Origin: Azolla caroliniana
Lineage: Eukaryota > Plantae > Polypodiophyta
Assembly (NCBI GenBank): GCA_043228905.1
Contig: JBHGNT010000012.1
Location: forward strand, 15,190,001-15,254,000
DNA: 64,000 nt
Direction: 5' to 3'
This document shows positions 51,317-64,000 of the stretch, one piece after another. The position numbers and the translations under genes are program-made. A model generated the notes under the pieces. The model worked only from the letters and a program-made list of their open reading frames with translations. It was not told the origin of the DNA and did not search any database. How positions within the stretch are numbered: the first letter of the stretch is position 1; every line of letters starts with the position of its first letter.

Positions 51317-54300
51317 TGTTGGGATTACGGTCCCTTCGGATGGGATGGTCGGATGTCGGAGATGAATGCCGACAAGCCCGGTTGCGGTTTCGGAACCGGA
51401 TGATGAAGACCCCGGCTTCGGAGCCGGATGACGAATGTACCCGGAGAGAGATCCGGATGCGGGGACATATCTGTGAATATGTTTGCCAAGGGCCCTTGAG
51501 GCTATAGTTGTAAATAGCCCCAAAGTCATATGTGTATAAATATGACTTAGGGCAAACAGGTTTATTGTTGCTACTCATTTTTCTGTTTTGCCACTCAAGA
51601 GGAGTGAAGAGAGAGCAGCCGTGAGAGAGATAGAGCATGAGAGAGGAAGAGGTAGACGCCTCTGTGTATTTCCGCCGCCTGTGGCGAGGACAGCGAGCTC
51701 AAGGTCGTCGCCTTGTAGCTCGCCATTGTATACTTCTCTGTGCATAGTTTTGGTTCGGAGTCTTGTACTCCCGTGGTTTTTCCCGTACAGGGTTTTCCAC
51801 GTTAAATCGTGTGTCCACTTATTTACTTCTGCATTTCCCATTTTCTGCAACAACGATTCGTGTGTTTCCTTGGTTGTGGCCGAGAGGTGAAGATTGGAAA
51901 GTGTCGATTAATTTTCCATCAATTTGGTATCAGAGCGGGCTGTTGCAGAAAATGGAAGGCGGCGGCAGCGGGCAGCCGGGGATGATGGTGCTGAATGCGC
52001 AGAATTACGCCGACTGGAAGATCAAGATGGAGGATCTTCTGATTGTTCGGGACCTGTACGAACCAATTGACAGGTCGGAAATACCGAAGGGGGTACTTGA
52101 GTCGGAATGGAGGCTTCTGAACCGGAAAGCCATTGCAACCATTCGGCAATACGTAGACGTGAGCGTTCTACAACATGTGGCGAACGACATCAACGCATAT
52201 GAGATGTGGCGGAAGCTGTCGGGCCTCTACGAGAGGAAGAATGCGTTGAACCGGACCTCCCTGATGAGGAAGATAGTGAACCTCAAGTACCGGGACGGCG
52301 AGAGTATGGTGGAACACGTAAGCACGTTCATGGGATTCGTGAACCAGCTTGCGGCGATCAAGTTCCCGCTGGAGGATGCAATGCAAGCCATCATTCTGAT
52401 GTGTACATTGCTGGAAAGCTGGGAGAACTTGGTGGTGACTCTCAGCACCTCCTGCACCGAAGATAACTTGTCCCTACAAACGGTAAAGACAAGTATTTTG
52501 AACGAAGAAGCGCGTCGGAGAGATAAAGAACCGGCCTCCGATCCGAAGATGTTGTTTACCGAATCGGATCGGGGAAGACAACGGAACCGGAGTCCGCAAA
52601 GACGGGAGAAGTCGGGGACCCGGTCGCAGTCAAGAGGAAGGCCCACATGCTTCCACTGTGGGAAGCCGGGGCACTTCCGAAAGAATTGTCGGCATTACCG
52701 AAAAGACAACGGAGCCGACGACACCGATTCGAAGAAGTCTTCGGAACGGAACGGTGCTTACCGGGGAGCCACGGACCGGAATGGTTCGGATCGGCGAGGG
52801 CAGGATCGGAAAGGAATGACGGCACTCGCGGCAAGTGAAGAGGAGATCATGCTCATCACCGAAGAAGGTGAACTAAACATTGCCGGCGATGAGACGACCT
52901 GGGTGATCGATTCCGGAGCGTCGTTCCACCTGACCCCGGAAAGAAGATACTTCTCATCCTACACAGCCAGGTGAGCATGGCTGTGTTCGGATGGGAAATG
53001 AAGGTACGTGCCGGATTGCCGGCGTAGGAGACGTGTGGTTGACAACCTCGACCGGATGCAAAATGCTGCTGAAGGATGTCCGACACGTTCCGGAGGTTCG
53101 ATTGAACCTGATTTCGGCCGGGAGGCTAGACGATGAAGGCTACACAGGTAGCATCCGGAACGGCGTAATGAAGTTCAACAAGGGGAGCCTGATAGTGGCT
53201 CGGGCCCGGAAAGTCAACACACTGTACCTTATGAATGCCTGGTTGTGTCCGGAAGAGTTGAACGTGGCAGCCGACACTGCCGGTGAGCTGTGGCACAAGA
53301 GACTGTGCCACATGAGTGAGAAGGGGATGAAGAGGCTTGCAGAAGACAACCTTATTCCAGTGAAGCATGTGCACCTGGAGAAGTGCACCGATTGCCTGGC
53401 CGGTAAGCAGAACCGAACCTCCTTCCATTCAAGGCCACCGACGAGACGTAGCGCACCATTGGAGTTGGTGCACACTGATGTGTGTCAGGTAGAAACGAAG
53501 TCACATGGCGGAGCCCAGTACTTCGTAACATTCATTGATGATCACAGCCGGAAGCTGTGGACGGCACCGTTGAAGACAAAGGACCAAGTGTTGTGCGTCT
53601 TCAAAGAACTCCACGCGAGAGTGGAAAGGGAATCCGGCAAGAAGCTGAAAGCGATACGAGCGGATAACGGAGGGGAATACCGGGGGCAGTTCCAGGAGTA
53701 CTGTCGCTCGAAGGGAATCCGGCTCGAGTTTACTGTGCCGAAGACGCCGGAACTAAACGGGCTGGCTGAGAGGATGAACCGGACCATAATGGAGAGGGTC
53801 TGGAGTATGCTGGCGCATGCGGAATTACCCAAGGGGTTTTGGGCTGAGGCGATGTCGACGGCGACATACGTGATAAACAGATCACTCTCAGTACCTTTGG
53901 ACGGAGACACGCCGCAGAGAGTGTGGACCGGTAGGGAGGTATCCTACCGGCATCTGAAGGTGTTCGGGTGTCTCGCATACGTGCATGTGGCAAAGGACCG
54001 GAGAGGAAAGCTAGATCCAAAGACCCGGCCATGCATATTCCTCGGTTACGGCGACGATGAGTTCGGCTACCGAGTATGGGACCCGGTCGACAAGAAGATA
54101 TTCAGGAGTCGAGACATCATCTTCATGGAGGACAAGACACTCGCCGACTGGGAGTCGGAGAAGAAGATGAAGAGCTCCAAGTCGACCGGTGAGGATCAAC
54201 TCTACGAGGAGCAGTCCCGACCGGCAAGGGACCGGTTAGCACTCGAGGATCCGGCCGAAGACGGTGAAGAAACAGAACCGGCCGAAGAAGATGAAAATGA

Positions 54301-56641
54301 TACCGGAATCGGCTCCGATCCCGAAATGGATTCGGATGAAGAAGAATCGGAAGAACTGGTTACCGAAGCTCCGGAACGGAGATATCCTCTAAGAGAGAGA
54401 AGGGCCCCCCGGAGATTTCCGGAACCAGAGCACGTGCTGCTAACCGACGAGGGGGAGCTGGAGAGCTTTGAAGAAGCAATTCATGACACCCAGAGCCGCA
54501 AGTGGTTGAGTGCCATGCAGGACGAGATGGATTCCCTGCATGAGAACCACACATATGAACTTGTGGAGTTGCCGAAAGGAAAGCGGGCACTTCGAAACAA
54601 GTGGGTGTTCAAGCTGAAACCGGGAGATGCCGGAAACCCCCCGAGATACAAAGCCAGGATCGTGGTGAAGGGGTTTCAGCAGAAGAAGGGCGTCGACTTC
54701 GACGAGATATTTGCCCCGGTAGTGAAGATGACCTCCATCCGGACGGTGCTGAGCATAGCGGCAAGCATGGACCTCGAGGTAGAACAGATGGATGTGAAGA
54801 CGGCATTCCTTCACGGTGACCTCGATGAAGAGATCTACATGCAGCAACCGGAAGGATTCGAGAAGAAAGGGAAGGAGCACCTGGTATGCCGGTTGAAGAA
54901 GAGCCTTTACGGACTGAAGCAGGCTCCCCGGCAATGGTACCGGAAGTTTGACTCTTTCATGACCGACGAAGGGTACCTCAAAACGCAGTCCGACCACTGC
55001 GTGTTTGTGAAGAAGTTCGAAGGAGGAGACTTTCTAATACTCCTCCTGTACGTGGACGACATGTTGATCGTCGGACGGGACCAGGTCAAGATACAGATGC
55101 TGAAGAAGGCTCTTCACCGAACCTTCTTGATGAAGGACTTGGGTCCGGCGAGACAAATACTAGGGATGCACATCATCCGGGACCGGAGCAAGAAGCAGTT
55201 GTGGCTGTCACAGGAGAAGTACGTGACAAAGGTGCTTCACCGGTTCAACATGTCGGAAGCAAGACCGGTTGGGTCAACACTCCCGGCAAACTGCAAGCTG
55301 TCCAGCAAGCAAAGCCCCAAGACAAAGGCTGAGAAGGAGGACATGATGAAAGTACCATATGCCTCTGCCGTCGGGAGCTTGATGTACGCAATGGTGTGTA
55401 CCCGACCGGACATAGGATATGCAGTCGGAGTGGTGAGCCGGTACATGAGCAATCCCGGCAAAGAGCATTGGAACGCGGCCAAGTGGATACTCCGATACCT
55501 GAAGGGCACGGCAAACGTGTGCCTCCGATTCGGCTCCGGTAAGCCCGAACTCGACGGCTTCACCGATTCGGATATGTCGGCTGATGCAGATACCAGCCGG
55601 TCCACATCAGGGTATGTGATGACGTATGCAGGGGGAGCTGTTTCATGGCAGTCGAGGCTGCAGAAGACGGTTGCATTGTCAACCACGGAGGCGGAGTACA
55701 TGGCGGCTGTTGAAGCCGGCAAGGAAATAATATGGATGAAGGACTTCATTAGAGAGCTCGGTATCCGGCAGGAGGAGTACCGACTCTACTGCGACAGTCA
55801 GAGTGCAATCCACCTTGCGAAGAACGCGGCCTATCACTCCCGGACGAAGCACATCCAGCGAAGATATCACTGGATCCGGGAAAGGATAGAAGACAAGGAG
55901 TTCGTGCTGACGAAGGTCCACACGGACGAGAACGGGTCGGATATGCTGACCAAGGTGCTCACACCCGACAAGCTGGAAGCATGCCGGAAGAGGATCGGAT
56001 TGGAGAGACATCCCATGCCGAAGTGAAGGGGGAGTTTGTTGGGATTACGGTCCCTTCGGATGGGATGGTCGGATGTCGGAGATGAATGCCGACAAGCCCG
56101 GTTGCGGTTTCGGAACCGGATGATGAAGACCCCGGCTTCGGAGCCGGATGACGAATGTACCCGGAGAGAGATCCGGATGCGGGGACATATCTGTGAATAT
56201 GTTTGCCAAGGGCCCTTGAGGCTATAGTTGTAAATAGCCCCAAAGTCATATGTGTATAAATATGACTTAGGGCAAACAGGTTTATTGTTGCTACTCATTT
56301 TTCTGTTTTGCCACTCAAGAGGAGTGAAGAGAGAGCAGCCGTGAGAGAGATAGAGCGTGAGAGAGGAAGAGGTAGACGCCTCTGTGTATTTCCGCCGCCT
56401 GTGGCGAGGACAGCGAGCTCAAGGTCGTCGCCTTGTAGCTCGCCATTGTATACTTCTCTGTGCATAGTTTTGGTTCGGAGTCTTGTACTCCCGTGGTTTT
56501 TCCCGTACAGGGTTTTCCACGTTAAATCGTGTGTCCACTTATTTACTTCTGCATTTCCCATTTTCTGCAACAACGATTCGTGTGTTTCCTTGGTTGTGGC
56601 CGAGAGGTGAAGATTGGAAAGTGTCGATTAATTTTCCATCA
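51317..56641 (+). mobile_element. Young full-length Ty1/copia element E; LTRs 51317-51921 and 56037-56641
   Basis: TSD AGATA; 605-bp LTRs with one visible mismatch; iMet PBS 51925-51936; PPT. Confidence 0.97.
51952..56026 (+). CDS. Copia E gag-pol polyprotein with a single +1 frameshift near 52969
   Basis: ORFs ending 52974 and 52991-56026; CFHCGKPGHFRKNC, IDSGAS, HTDVC, LYVDDML, STTEAEY. Confidence 0.93.
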
Positions 56642-59600
56642 AGATATTCCTTCTGGTGATACTATGTATCCTAGGAATTCCACTTGGTTGCGATCAAAAC
56701 TACATTTCTCGAGTTTAGCATAGAGACCATATTCTTGTAATCGTTGTAGAACTTGGCGTACATGCTCATCGTGCTCTTCTTGAGTCTTGGAAAATATCAA
56801 GATATCATCCAAATAAATGATGGTGAATATATCCAAGAAGTGTCGGAAAATATCATTGGCCATATGCTGAAAAACTACAGGAGCATTTGTAAGACCGAAT
56901 GGCATAACTGTATACTCAAAATGCCCATATCGAGTGCGAAATGCAGTTTTCCATTCATCACCCGGACGAATTCGAACTAGATTATAAGCACATTTAAGAT
57001 CGATCTTTGTAAAGTATTTGGCTCCACTCAACCGCTCCAAAAGTGTTGGTATTAAAGGCAAGGCATACCTGTTTCGAATTGTGATTTTGTTTAATCCTCG
57101 ATAATCTACGACCAAACGAAGTGATCCATCTTTCTTCTTGATAAAAAATATTGGTGCGCCAGCAGGAGATTTGGAATGACGAATAAATCCAGTAGCTAAA
57201 TTTTCATCGATATAGTCGCAAAGAACCTTGAGCTCTACAGGTGATAAACTATAAATGGGTCCCCACGGTGGATCTTTTCCTGGCTGAAGATCAATAGGAC
57301 AATCATAAGGTCGATGTTCTGGGAGTCTATCAGCTTTGTCCTTATTGAAGACATCTTGGAATTCTTGATACTTGGTTGGAAGAAAGGTACTCGACTTTTG
57401 TTGAGTTGGTGTTGGCATTGTTATTATTGCAAATATAAACATTTCTTCTTTGTCTCCCTTTTTGCGTAAGTTTTCCAAATATATTGTTGAGATCTGATGG
57501 CATTCTAAATTTGGGTTATAAGTAATCGGGAAATTTGATATATGGTTTTTCTTGGATTCTAGGATAACTCGTTTTCTCCAATCAATCTGGGGGTTGTGAA
57601 GCTCAAACCAAGGTAGACCAAGGACAATCGGATGCTCCGGACTATGTATGATATTGAATGAGATAACACAAGCTAAATCACCAAGAACTACACGAACTGA
57701 TTCAGACTCTTCAGTTATATTTCCAGAGGCAATGGGTCGACCATCTATTACTGTGACTGATACTGGACAATGCAATGGTTTTAATAAGATATTATGTGTC
57801 AAGGCAAAATTCCGGTCCATGAAACAAGAGTTGGCTCCGGAATCTAAGAGAGCATATGCGAAGACCTAATGACATCTAGAGGTACTAAGCTCGACATGTG
57901 CGACAAAAACCCTATTAACTTGGTTCGATGAAATGGAACCATTACTATGGACTGACTTTACAAATTCTGGGTTATCCAACCAAATGGCTCCTATTTTGGC
58001 TGGATTTACTCGTTTAACACCTCATCTAGTTGGCTAAGTACTTCAAAACGATTTGAAGGTGTAGGGCTATTAGGATTGCTAGATGTGTTTGGAGAATCGA
58101 GATCCAATTTAGTACTAGCACTTACTTGGTAAACTTGACGCCTAGGTCGATGGGGACAACTTATCACTATATGTCCTAAACCACCACAATATAAACATAG
58201 GCGGTTCGCCCGACGTCTTTGCTTTTCAGCTTCTGTTAAAGGTCCTCTACGATGTGTAGAATCAATTTCCATTGGAGTAGGACCACTTATTGGGCTAGAT
58301 ATAGGAACATGCATAGTTCCAGATGTAGGTAGTGATGTTACCGATGCATATGTTTGCTCCGATCGAGGTCGAGACCATTGTTGACGCTCAGAGCGTCGCT
58401 CGAATAATCAATTGTCACATCGTACAGCTCGACTAATCGCCTCAGTAAGAGATTTTGGATCTTCATGAAAAGTGAGAAGCAAGTCTTTCACATCATTACG
58501 AAGTCCATGACGAAATTGGTCCATCAATGCCTCTTCGTACCAAGGAATGTCACATGCAAGAAGGCGAAAATCAGCCGCATAGGCTGAGGCTGGGCGATCC
58601 CCTTGTCGCAACCTTCGAATCTTATTAATAGCTGTTCTCATGCTACCGGTATCTCCAAAACAAGCTTGGAACTCTTTAATAAACTCATCAAAATTATCCA
58701 AAATAGGGCACTTTTTCTCAAGTAACGGTGCAAACCAAGCCAATGTTGTACCAGTTAATAGAGTTCCGACCAACCCTACTCGTGCTGAATCTGTTGGATA
58801 TCGAGTGGGATGCATTTGAAATACTAGACGTACCTGATTTAGAAATCCTCGAAATTGTGATCGAGTACCATCAAACTTCGACGGGAGATTTATCTTGGGT
58901 TCTTTTGTCGAATTCGGTAATTGTAATGCTTGTTGTCACAATGTTATTAATGCTGCTTCAAGTTGGTGAACCCTTTGAGCTAATTCCTCTTGTTGTTGAG
59001 CTTTCTCGACATTCACTTGTTGTAAATCCCCGAGCAACCTTTGATTCTCTTGCTCCAAAGCCATGAACTTGGTGTTCAAGCGTTCAAGTTCACCTATAAC
59101 GCGCATATATTCTTGTTCACTTACTGCTGCCATGGTTATGAGAAGATAGGATGAGAGCTTCCTTGGAAAAGAAAAAATTACAATGAAGAAGGTTAGGTAT
59201 TCCGGTTCAAACTATCAGGGCCGTAGCCAAAGACAAGTTTAACATGAAGAAAAGAATGAGAAATAGAAAATAAGAGAGGAATGAGAGAGAAATAAGATAT
59301 TGAAAATGTATTAGCAATGAGAACAAAGGTTACAAGAGTACGCCGAAGACTGGCGTTGAACCGGAATGGTTCATCAATAGTTCGCTATATGTTTATATAG
59401 CATGCTTTGGATACATGCATGCTCGCCACCTCATAGGCACGCATGCTCGCCATTTGTCATTCATGCAAGCATGCCACTTGGCATTCATGAAAGCATGACA
59501 CTTGGTAATCATGCGTTAGCTTATGCGGTGGCAACGTTTTACACTGTTAGATATATTTCTTCATGATCTAATATAAGAATTTACAATTTAATAAATGTAA

Positions 59601-60373
59601 TATGATGTATCTTAGTGGTTGAAGCTACATATTATCTTTGACGAGGTCATGGGTTCGAATCTTTATTACAAGTCTTGATGTTTTGGTATATGTTCATGAC
59701 AATTGGGTGAGGATTGTCGTCTCCAGTTTCGACAACTCCCAGTTGTTCCGGTTTGTCCAAGAAAGAGAACCACTCTTTGTGGCTCATCATGTGATTCGAC
59801 ACACCAGAATCAACGTACCACACTTCCTCCAATTTGGAAGTGGTCTTCTTCATCGAGTTAGCCTCGTGTTTCATCACCAAGGTTGGCCCTTTATCGGCTT
59901 TTCCGGTTTGGGATCCTCCCGATCCTTCTGCATACTGCGAGTATTGCCGGTTCTCTCTGCTAGCCTTACCAGATCTGGATTGGTCTGAATTGCTGCGCTT
60001 CTTCCAACACTCGCTTTCTCTGTGGCCCTTTTTACCACAATACCAGCATTCCGTGTCGGCCTTTGCTTGCCGGCCTCCGGCGCCGCCTTGACTCCCCCTG
60101 CTTGTGGAGGGTCCGGAACTGTTGTCGGCATGTTCTCTGTGCCTTTGGTCCTGCTCTTGCCGGCCGCTACCATTTCGAGCCGACCCGCCTCGTCCACTAC
60201 GCCCATCGGGCCGATCCGCCTCCGTGTACAACATCCGGTTGTCGGTGGGTGCACTTGTTGACGCACCGGCGTGGTTCTCCTCTACAAGGAGCATCGACTG
60301 TAAGTCGAAAAATGACGGCGTATTCTCCCTTGTACATACCGCCGTTCGGAACGCTTTGAACTTAGACGCTAGG

Positions 60374-60515
60374 TGTTACGGGGATGACCATTTAATATCC
60401 CGTGGTGAGAATTTACTGTAGTATTGTTGTGGATAAGTGTGAGGGTTAAACGAGAGTGTAAAGAATACTACGGTAAATTCTCACCGCGGGATATTAAATG
60501 GTCATGCCCGTAACA
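60374..60515. mobile_element. 142-bp foldback MITE-like element with 52-bp TIRs
   Basis: TGTTACGGG...CCCGTAACA; TSD CTAGG; interrupts C gag. Confidence 0.88.
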
Positions 60516-61113
60516 CTAGGCCCCCAAGATAGATCTGCACCATCTCATCTTCCTCTACAATGACGTTGATAGAGGCAAGTGAGTCACAGATCTCTTTTAT
60601 TCGGGCCGTGTAATCAGCTACCGACATGTCCTTCTATCGGACATTGCTTAGCTCCTGTCGGAGTTGCAGCTTCCGGGCCATAGTGCTTGCCGCGAAAACT
60701 TTCTTCAGGTTTCCCCAAGCTTCTTTTGGCGTCTTGGCATCTCGGACATGGCTCAGCAGCTGGTCTCTGACACTGGACGCAAAGCAATACATCACTCTGC
60801 TTGCCGCTTGTTCCCACACTAGGAAGTCCTTGTGTGCTGCATCAGGTGTTGTGTCGTTAGCTCCAGTAACCATGCCCAAGCAGGTACTGGTGCATCTTGT
60901 ATGACCAAGATGCGTAGTTGGATCTGTCGAGCTTCTCCACCAGGAGCGAGCTAGCCATTCCTCTGTCCATCACTTCTCTTTATGTTCTTACCGGGTCTTA
61001 GGGTTTGTCTTCAGATGTTGATGTCGGTTGCAGAGGTTCTCAACCCTTGCGCTCTGATACCATGTCAAAACGAAGGTGCGGAAGCGTCAGACAAACCGGC
61101 TCTACCGGATAGC

Positions 61114-61149
<36 letters not shown>

Positions 61150-61865
61150 AACATAGAGTGTACACATGAGAGACAAAGAATCAGAAGAACGTCAAAAATC
61201 TATTCCCAAACAATAATAGTTCTCGCTCCTTCTCTACAACATGCTTCAACAACACTATTTATACAAGTCCTAAGAGGACTGACAAAAGTATGGTGTACTT
61301 CAATGCTCACATGAGCGTCTGACACTAACTACTAGTCATTAACTACCTAGCAGTCTAGGCTACTACTAGGTTTCCGGTTACTGCTGGATCCGGCTAACCG
61401 GCTCCCCAGCTCACCGGCTCACTTGCTCACCAGCTCACCGATCCGGCCCATCCTTCCGAATGTCGATCTGGCTCAGGCTTATTCAGCCGATCCGGATTCG
61501 GTTGAGCTTGCCGCTCAATAGTCTGCTATGAAGTGGATACTTCGGTACCTGAGAGGCACCTCGAATATGTGTCTTTGTTTCGGCTCAGGTAACCCCACAT
61601 TGGAAGGTTACACGGATTCAGACATGTTGGCTGATGTAGATACCAGGTGATCCACATCCAGATACTTAATGACTTATGCAGGGGGAGTTGTCTCGTGCCA
61701 ATCGAGGTTGCAGAAGACCGTGGCTCTATCGACCACGGAAGCCGAGTATATGGCCGCAACGGAAGCCGTCAAGGAAATCATATGGATGAAGGAGTTTACC
61801 ATAATTCAACAGGAAGAACTCCGACTTTGCTGCGATAATCAGAGTGCCATCCACCTTGCAAAAAA

Positions 61866-62453
61866 TGTTAGGAAACAGGTCCGTCCGGATGGGAAGTGAA
61901 ACCGGAAGAGGAGTACCCGGCTACGGAAGACCCGGTGAGAACCGGATGACAAGTGCCCGGCAAGAGCCGGATGATGCAGGCCTGGTGAGGAGTGCTCACC
62001 GGATGAAGGGACATATTCATAAATATGTTTCCTGAGAGTCCATCGTGGCTATATTTGTAAATAGCTAAAAAGTCATATTAGTATAAATATGACTTAGGGC
62101 AAACTCTTCTTGTCAGTTGTTGTCATTCTTGTTGGTGTAAGATTAGAGTGTGTAACTGTGTACAGAGAGAGTGAGAGAGAGGAAGAGGTTGTTGCCTCCG
62201 TTGTAACCGCCGCCTATGGCGAAGATAGCAAGCTCGAGGTCATGGCCTCGGTGCTTTCTTATTGTACATTCTAATATAGCGATAGTTTGCGGTCTGTGGG
62301 TTGTTGTGGTTTTTCCCGAGTTCGGGTTTTCCATGTAAACATCCTGTGTACTCTTCTCTCTATTGTGTTGTGGTTTCATTCCTTGTTTTCTGTGTTTGAT
62401 TTTAGACTCGGTTGTGGCCGAGCGTTGTTCATCAGGAGCACGTGTTCTTGTCA
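61866..62453 (+). mobile_element. Solo copia LTR in B RNase H
   Basis: TGTTAGGAAAC...TTGTCA; TSD AAAAA; same group as 13835 and 28474. Confidence 0.9.
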
Positions 62454-63190
62454 AAAAATGCCACCTACCACTCGAGAACCAAACACATACAGAGGAGATA
62501 CCATTGGCTCTGAGAGTGAGTAGAAGAGAAGGAGTTTTCTCTGACGAAGGTTCATACGACCGAGAATGGATCGGACATGCCGACGAAGGTGTTATCAGCC
62601 GAAAAGCTGAACGCATGCCGACAGAGGGTCAGACTGGTGAAGTACTACATGCCGAAGTGAAGGGGGAGTTTGTTGGGAAACAGGTCCCTCCAGATGGGAA
62701 GAGAGAAGAACCGAGCTGATGAGGAACTTGGCCTCGGCCGAAACCGAAATCGTGTAGATAGCCAACTTGAGAGACTATATCTGTAAATAGTCTAAATAAG
62801 CCTCTGTAGTCCGAAAGTTGTACTAGTATATAAGTAATTGTGAGTTAGTGATCATTATTGTAAGATAGTTAGCACAGGGCAATTGTCTCCGTAACTGTGA
62901 GAATGCGTGAGAGAGGGAGAGTGTGGGTAAGTGCAACTCCATAACCGTCTGCTGACGAAGAAGAACTCGAGGTCATTTCCTCTGAGTTTCTTGTTGTACC
63001 CCTCATCATCATAGTGATTTGTTTTTGGAGCAAGTGGACTCTACGTTGTTTTTCCCAGTTCAGGTTTTCACGGTAAAACCTGTGTGTTCTCTATTTTTGC
63101 TATTCTGTTCTTCGGTTTTCTGTCAGAGCGTTATTTCTTGCACACGAACATACAAACAGTAACCGGTTGTGGCCGGTCACGAGCGCAAGA

Positions 63191-64000
63191 GGTGAAGTAT
63201 ATAAGGCTTCCGACTACCTGTCGGAACCGTTTCAGGTCGCATGTCGTTCCGTATTCGGGGCAAAGCTTCAAATTCCTATCCAGAGGAGTTGAGACACATT
63301 TGCACTTCGTCATAGCGAACTTGAAGAGCATACTCATCACGTAATGTCGTTGGCTAATTAGTATGCCATCAAGGGTACGGATCACTTCGATCCCAAGGAC
63401 GTAATGAAGGTCCCCCAGGTCCTTTATATTGAACGATGCCGCTAATTGGGACTTGACGCAGGTGATTTCCTCTAAGTCGGCGCCGGCGAAGACTAAAACA
63501 TCAACTTAAAGTAGGAGACTTAACGGCCCATTCCGACCTTGCCAGATGAAAAGTGAAGAGTCCAACTTGGATGTAGCATTCCCCATCCGAAGCAGGCTCT
63601 GCGTGATCTTTGCGTTCCAGGCACGCGGGGCTTGCTTTAATCCGTAAAGAGACTTCTTCAACCGGCATACTACCAAAGTATTCATTCCGGACTGAAATCC
63701 AGGTGACTGCACCATGTAGACATGTTCCTCAAGTTCTCCCAGCAGGAACGTGTTCTTCACATCCATCTGGTGCAAGTGCCATCCCTTTTCCGCAGCTACC
63801 GTAAGCAAGACACAAACAGTCGTCATCTTCATGACCGGCGCAAACGTCTCATCGTAGTCGATGTTGTGTTGCTCCGCATCGTCACTAACCAGGCCTTGTA
63901 TCGGTTGACGGAGTCGTAAGAGTTGTACTTGTCCTTGTACACCCATCTGTATCCGATCGACTTTATTCCCCTTGGAACGTCAACCAGATCTCATGTTTTG
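63191..64000 (-). mobile_element. Copia D RT region (outermost element of the nest)
   Basis: DYDETFAPV, HQMDVKN, LYGLKQAPRAW, KDLG, GSLIY. Confidence 0.9.

Larger units (their letters stand above)
48548..59701 (-). mobile_element. Full-length Ty3/gypsy chromovirus T2 (Tcn1/Tf1-like); LTRs 48548-49036 and 59213-59701
   Basis: TSD ATTGG; 489-bp LTRs with about 13 differences by eye; gag 58006-59133 with stops; pol with YLDD; IN plus chromodomain 49029-50405; PPT AAAGGAAGGGGATAA. Confidence 0.95.
44479..61520 (-). mobile_element. Ty1/copia element C (same family as A and D); LTRs 44479-44934 and 61063-61520
   Basis: TSD GCCTG/GTCTG; iMet PBS 61051-61062; PPT 44935-44944; gag 59707-60970; pol about 45420-48547. 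Confidence 0.92.
38543..63190 (+). mobile_element. Degenerate Ty1/copia element B hosting the nest (LTRs 38543-39551 and 62671-63190)
   Basis: Matching LTRs; PBS 39554-39565; PPT before 62671; decayed TSD GGCCA/GGTGA; coding pieces rejoin across each insertion. Confidence 0.88.

Noticed and set aside
50412-51638. 408-aa ORF with a novel N-terminus
   Set aside because: Chimera of the antisense E LTR and T2 RT/RNase H at the AGATA junction

Overview
Eukaryotic land-plant genomic DNA, probably from a non-seed plant (inferred from the Tcn1/Tf1-type chromoviruses). About three quarters of the window is nested LTR retrotransposons, which could be resolved by hand from TG..CA ends, PBS/PPT motifs and 5-bp target-site duplications (TSDs). 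There is one host gene: a spliced epsilon-type 14-3-3 on the minus strand (ATG 21084, 6 firm exons plus a probable 7th, two GC-AG introns). It sits in an LTR-free island with LINE remnants and tandem repeats. On the right is a five-level nest: copia D > copia B > copia C > chromovirus T2 > near-intact copia E, plus several solo LTRs. The most unusual signal is a shared LTR architecture in three otherwise dissimilar chromovirus-type families (T1, T2 and non-autonomous T3). Each has an outward-facing, antisense tRNA-like A-box/B-box module at the outer U3 edge, a swappable enhancer block (heat-shock elements or RY repeats), a TATA box, and a Tf1-like self-primer that co-varies with its non-tRNA PBS. 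Other notable items are a covarying -1 frameshift hairpin in T1 and T2, an array of covarying bulged hairpins in T3, and a 142-bp TG..CA foldback element with a 5-bp TSD.
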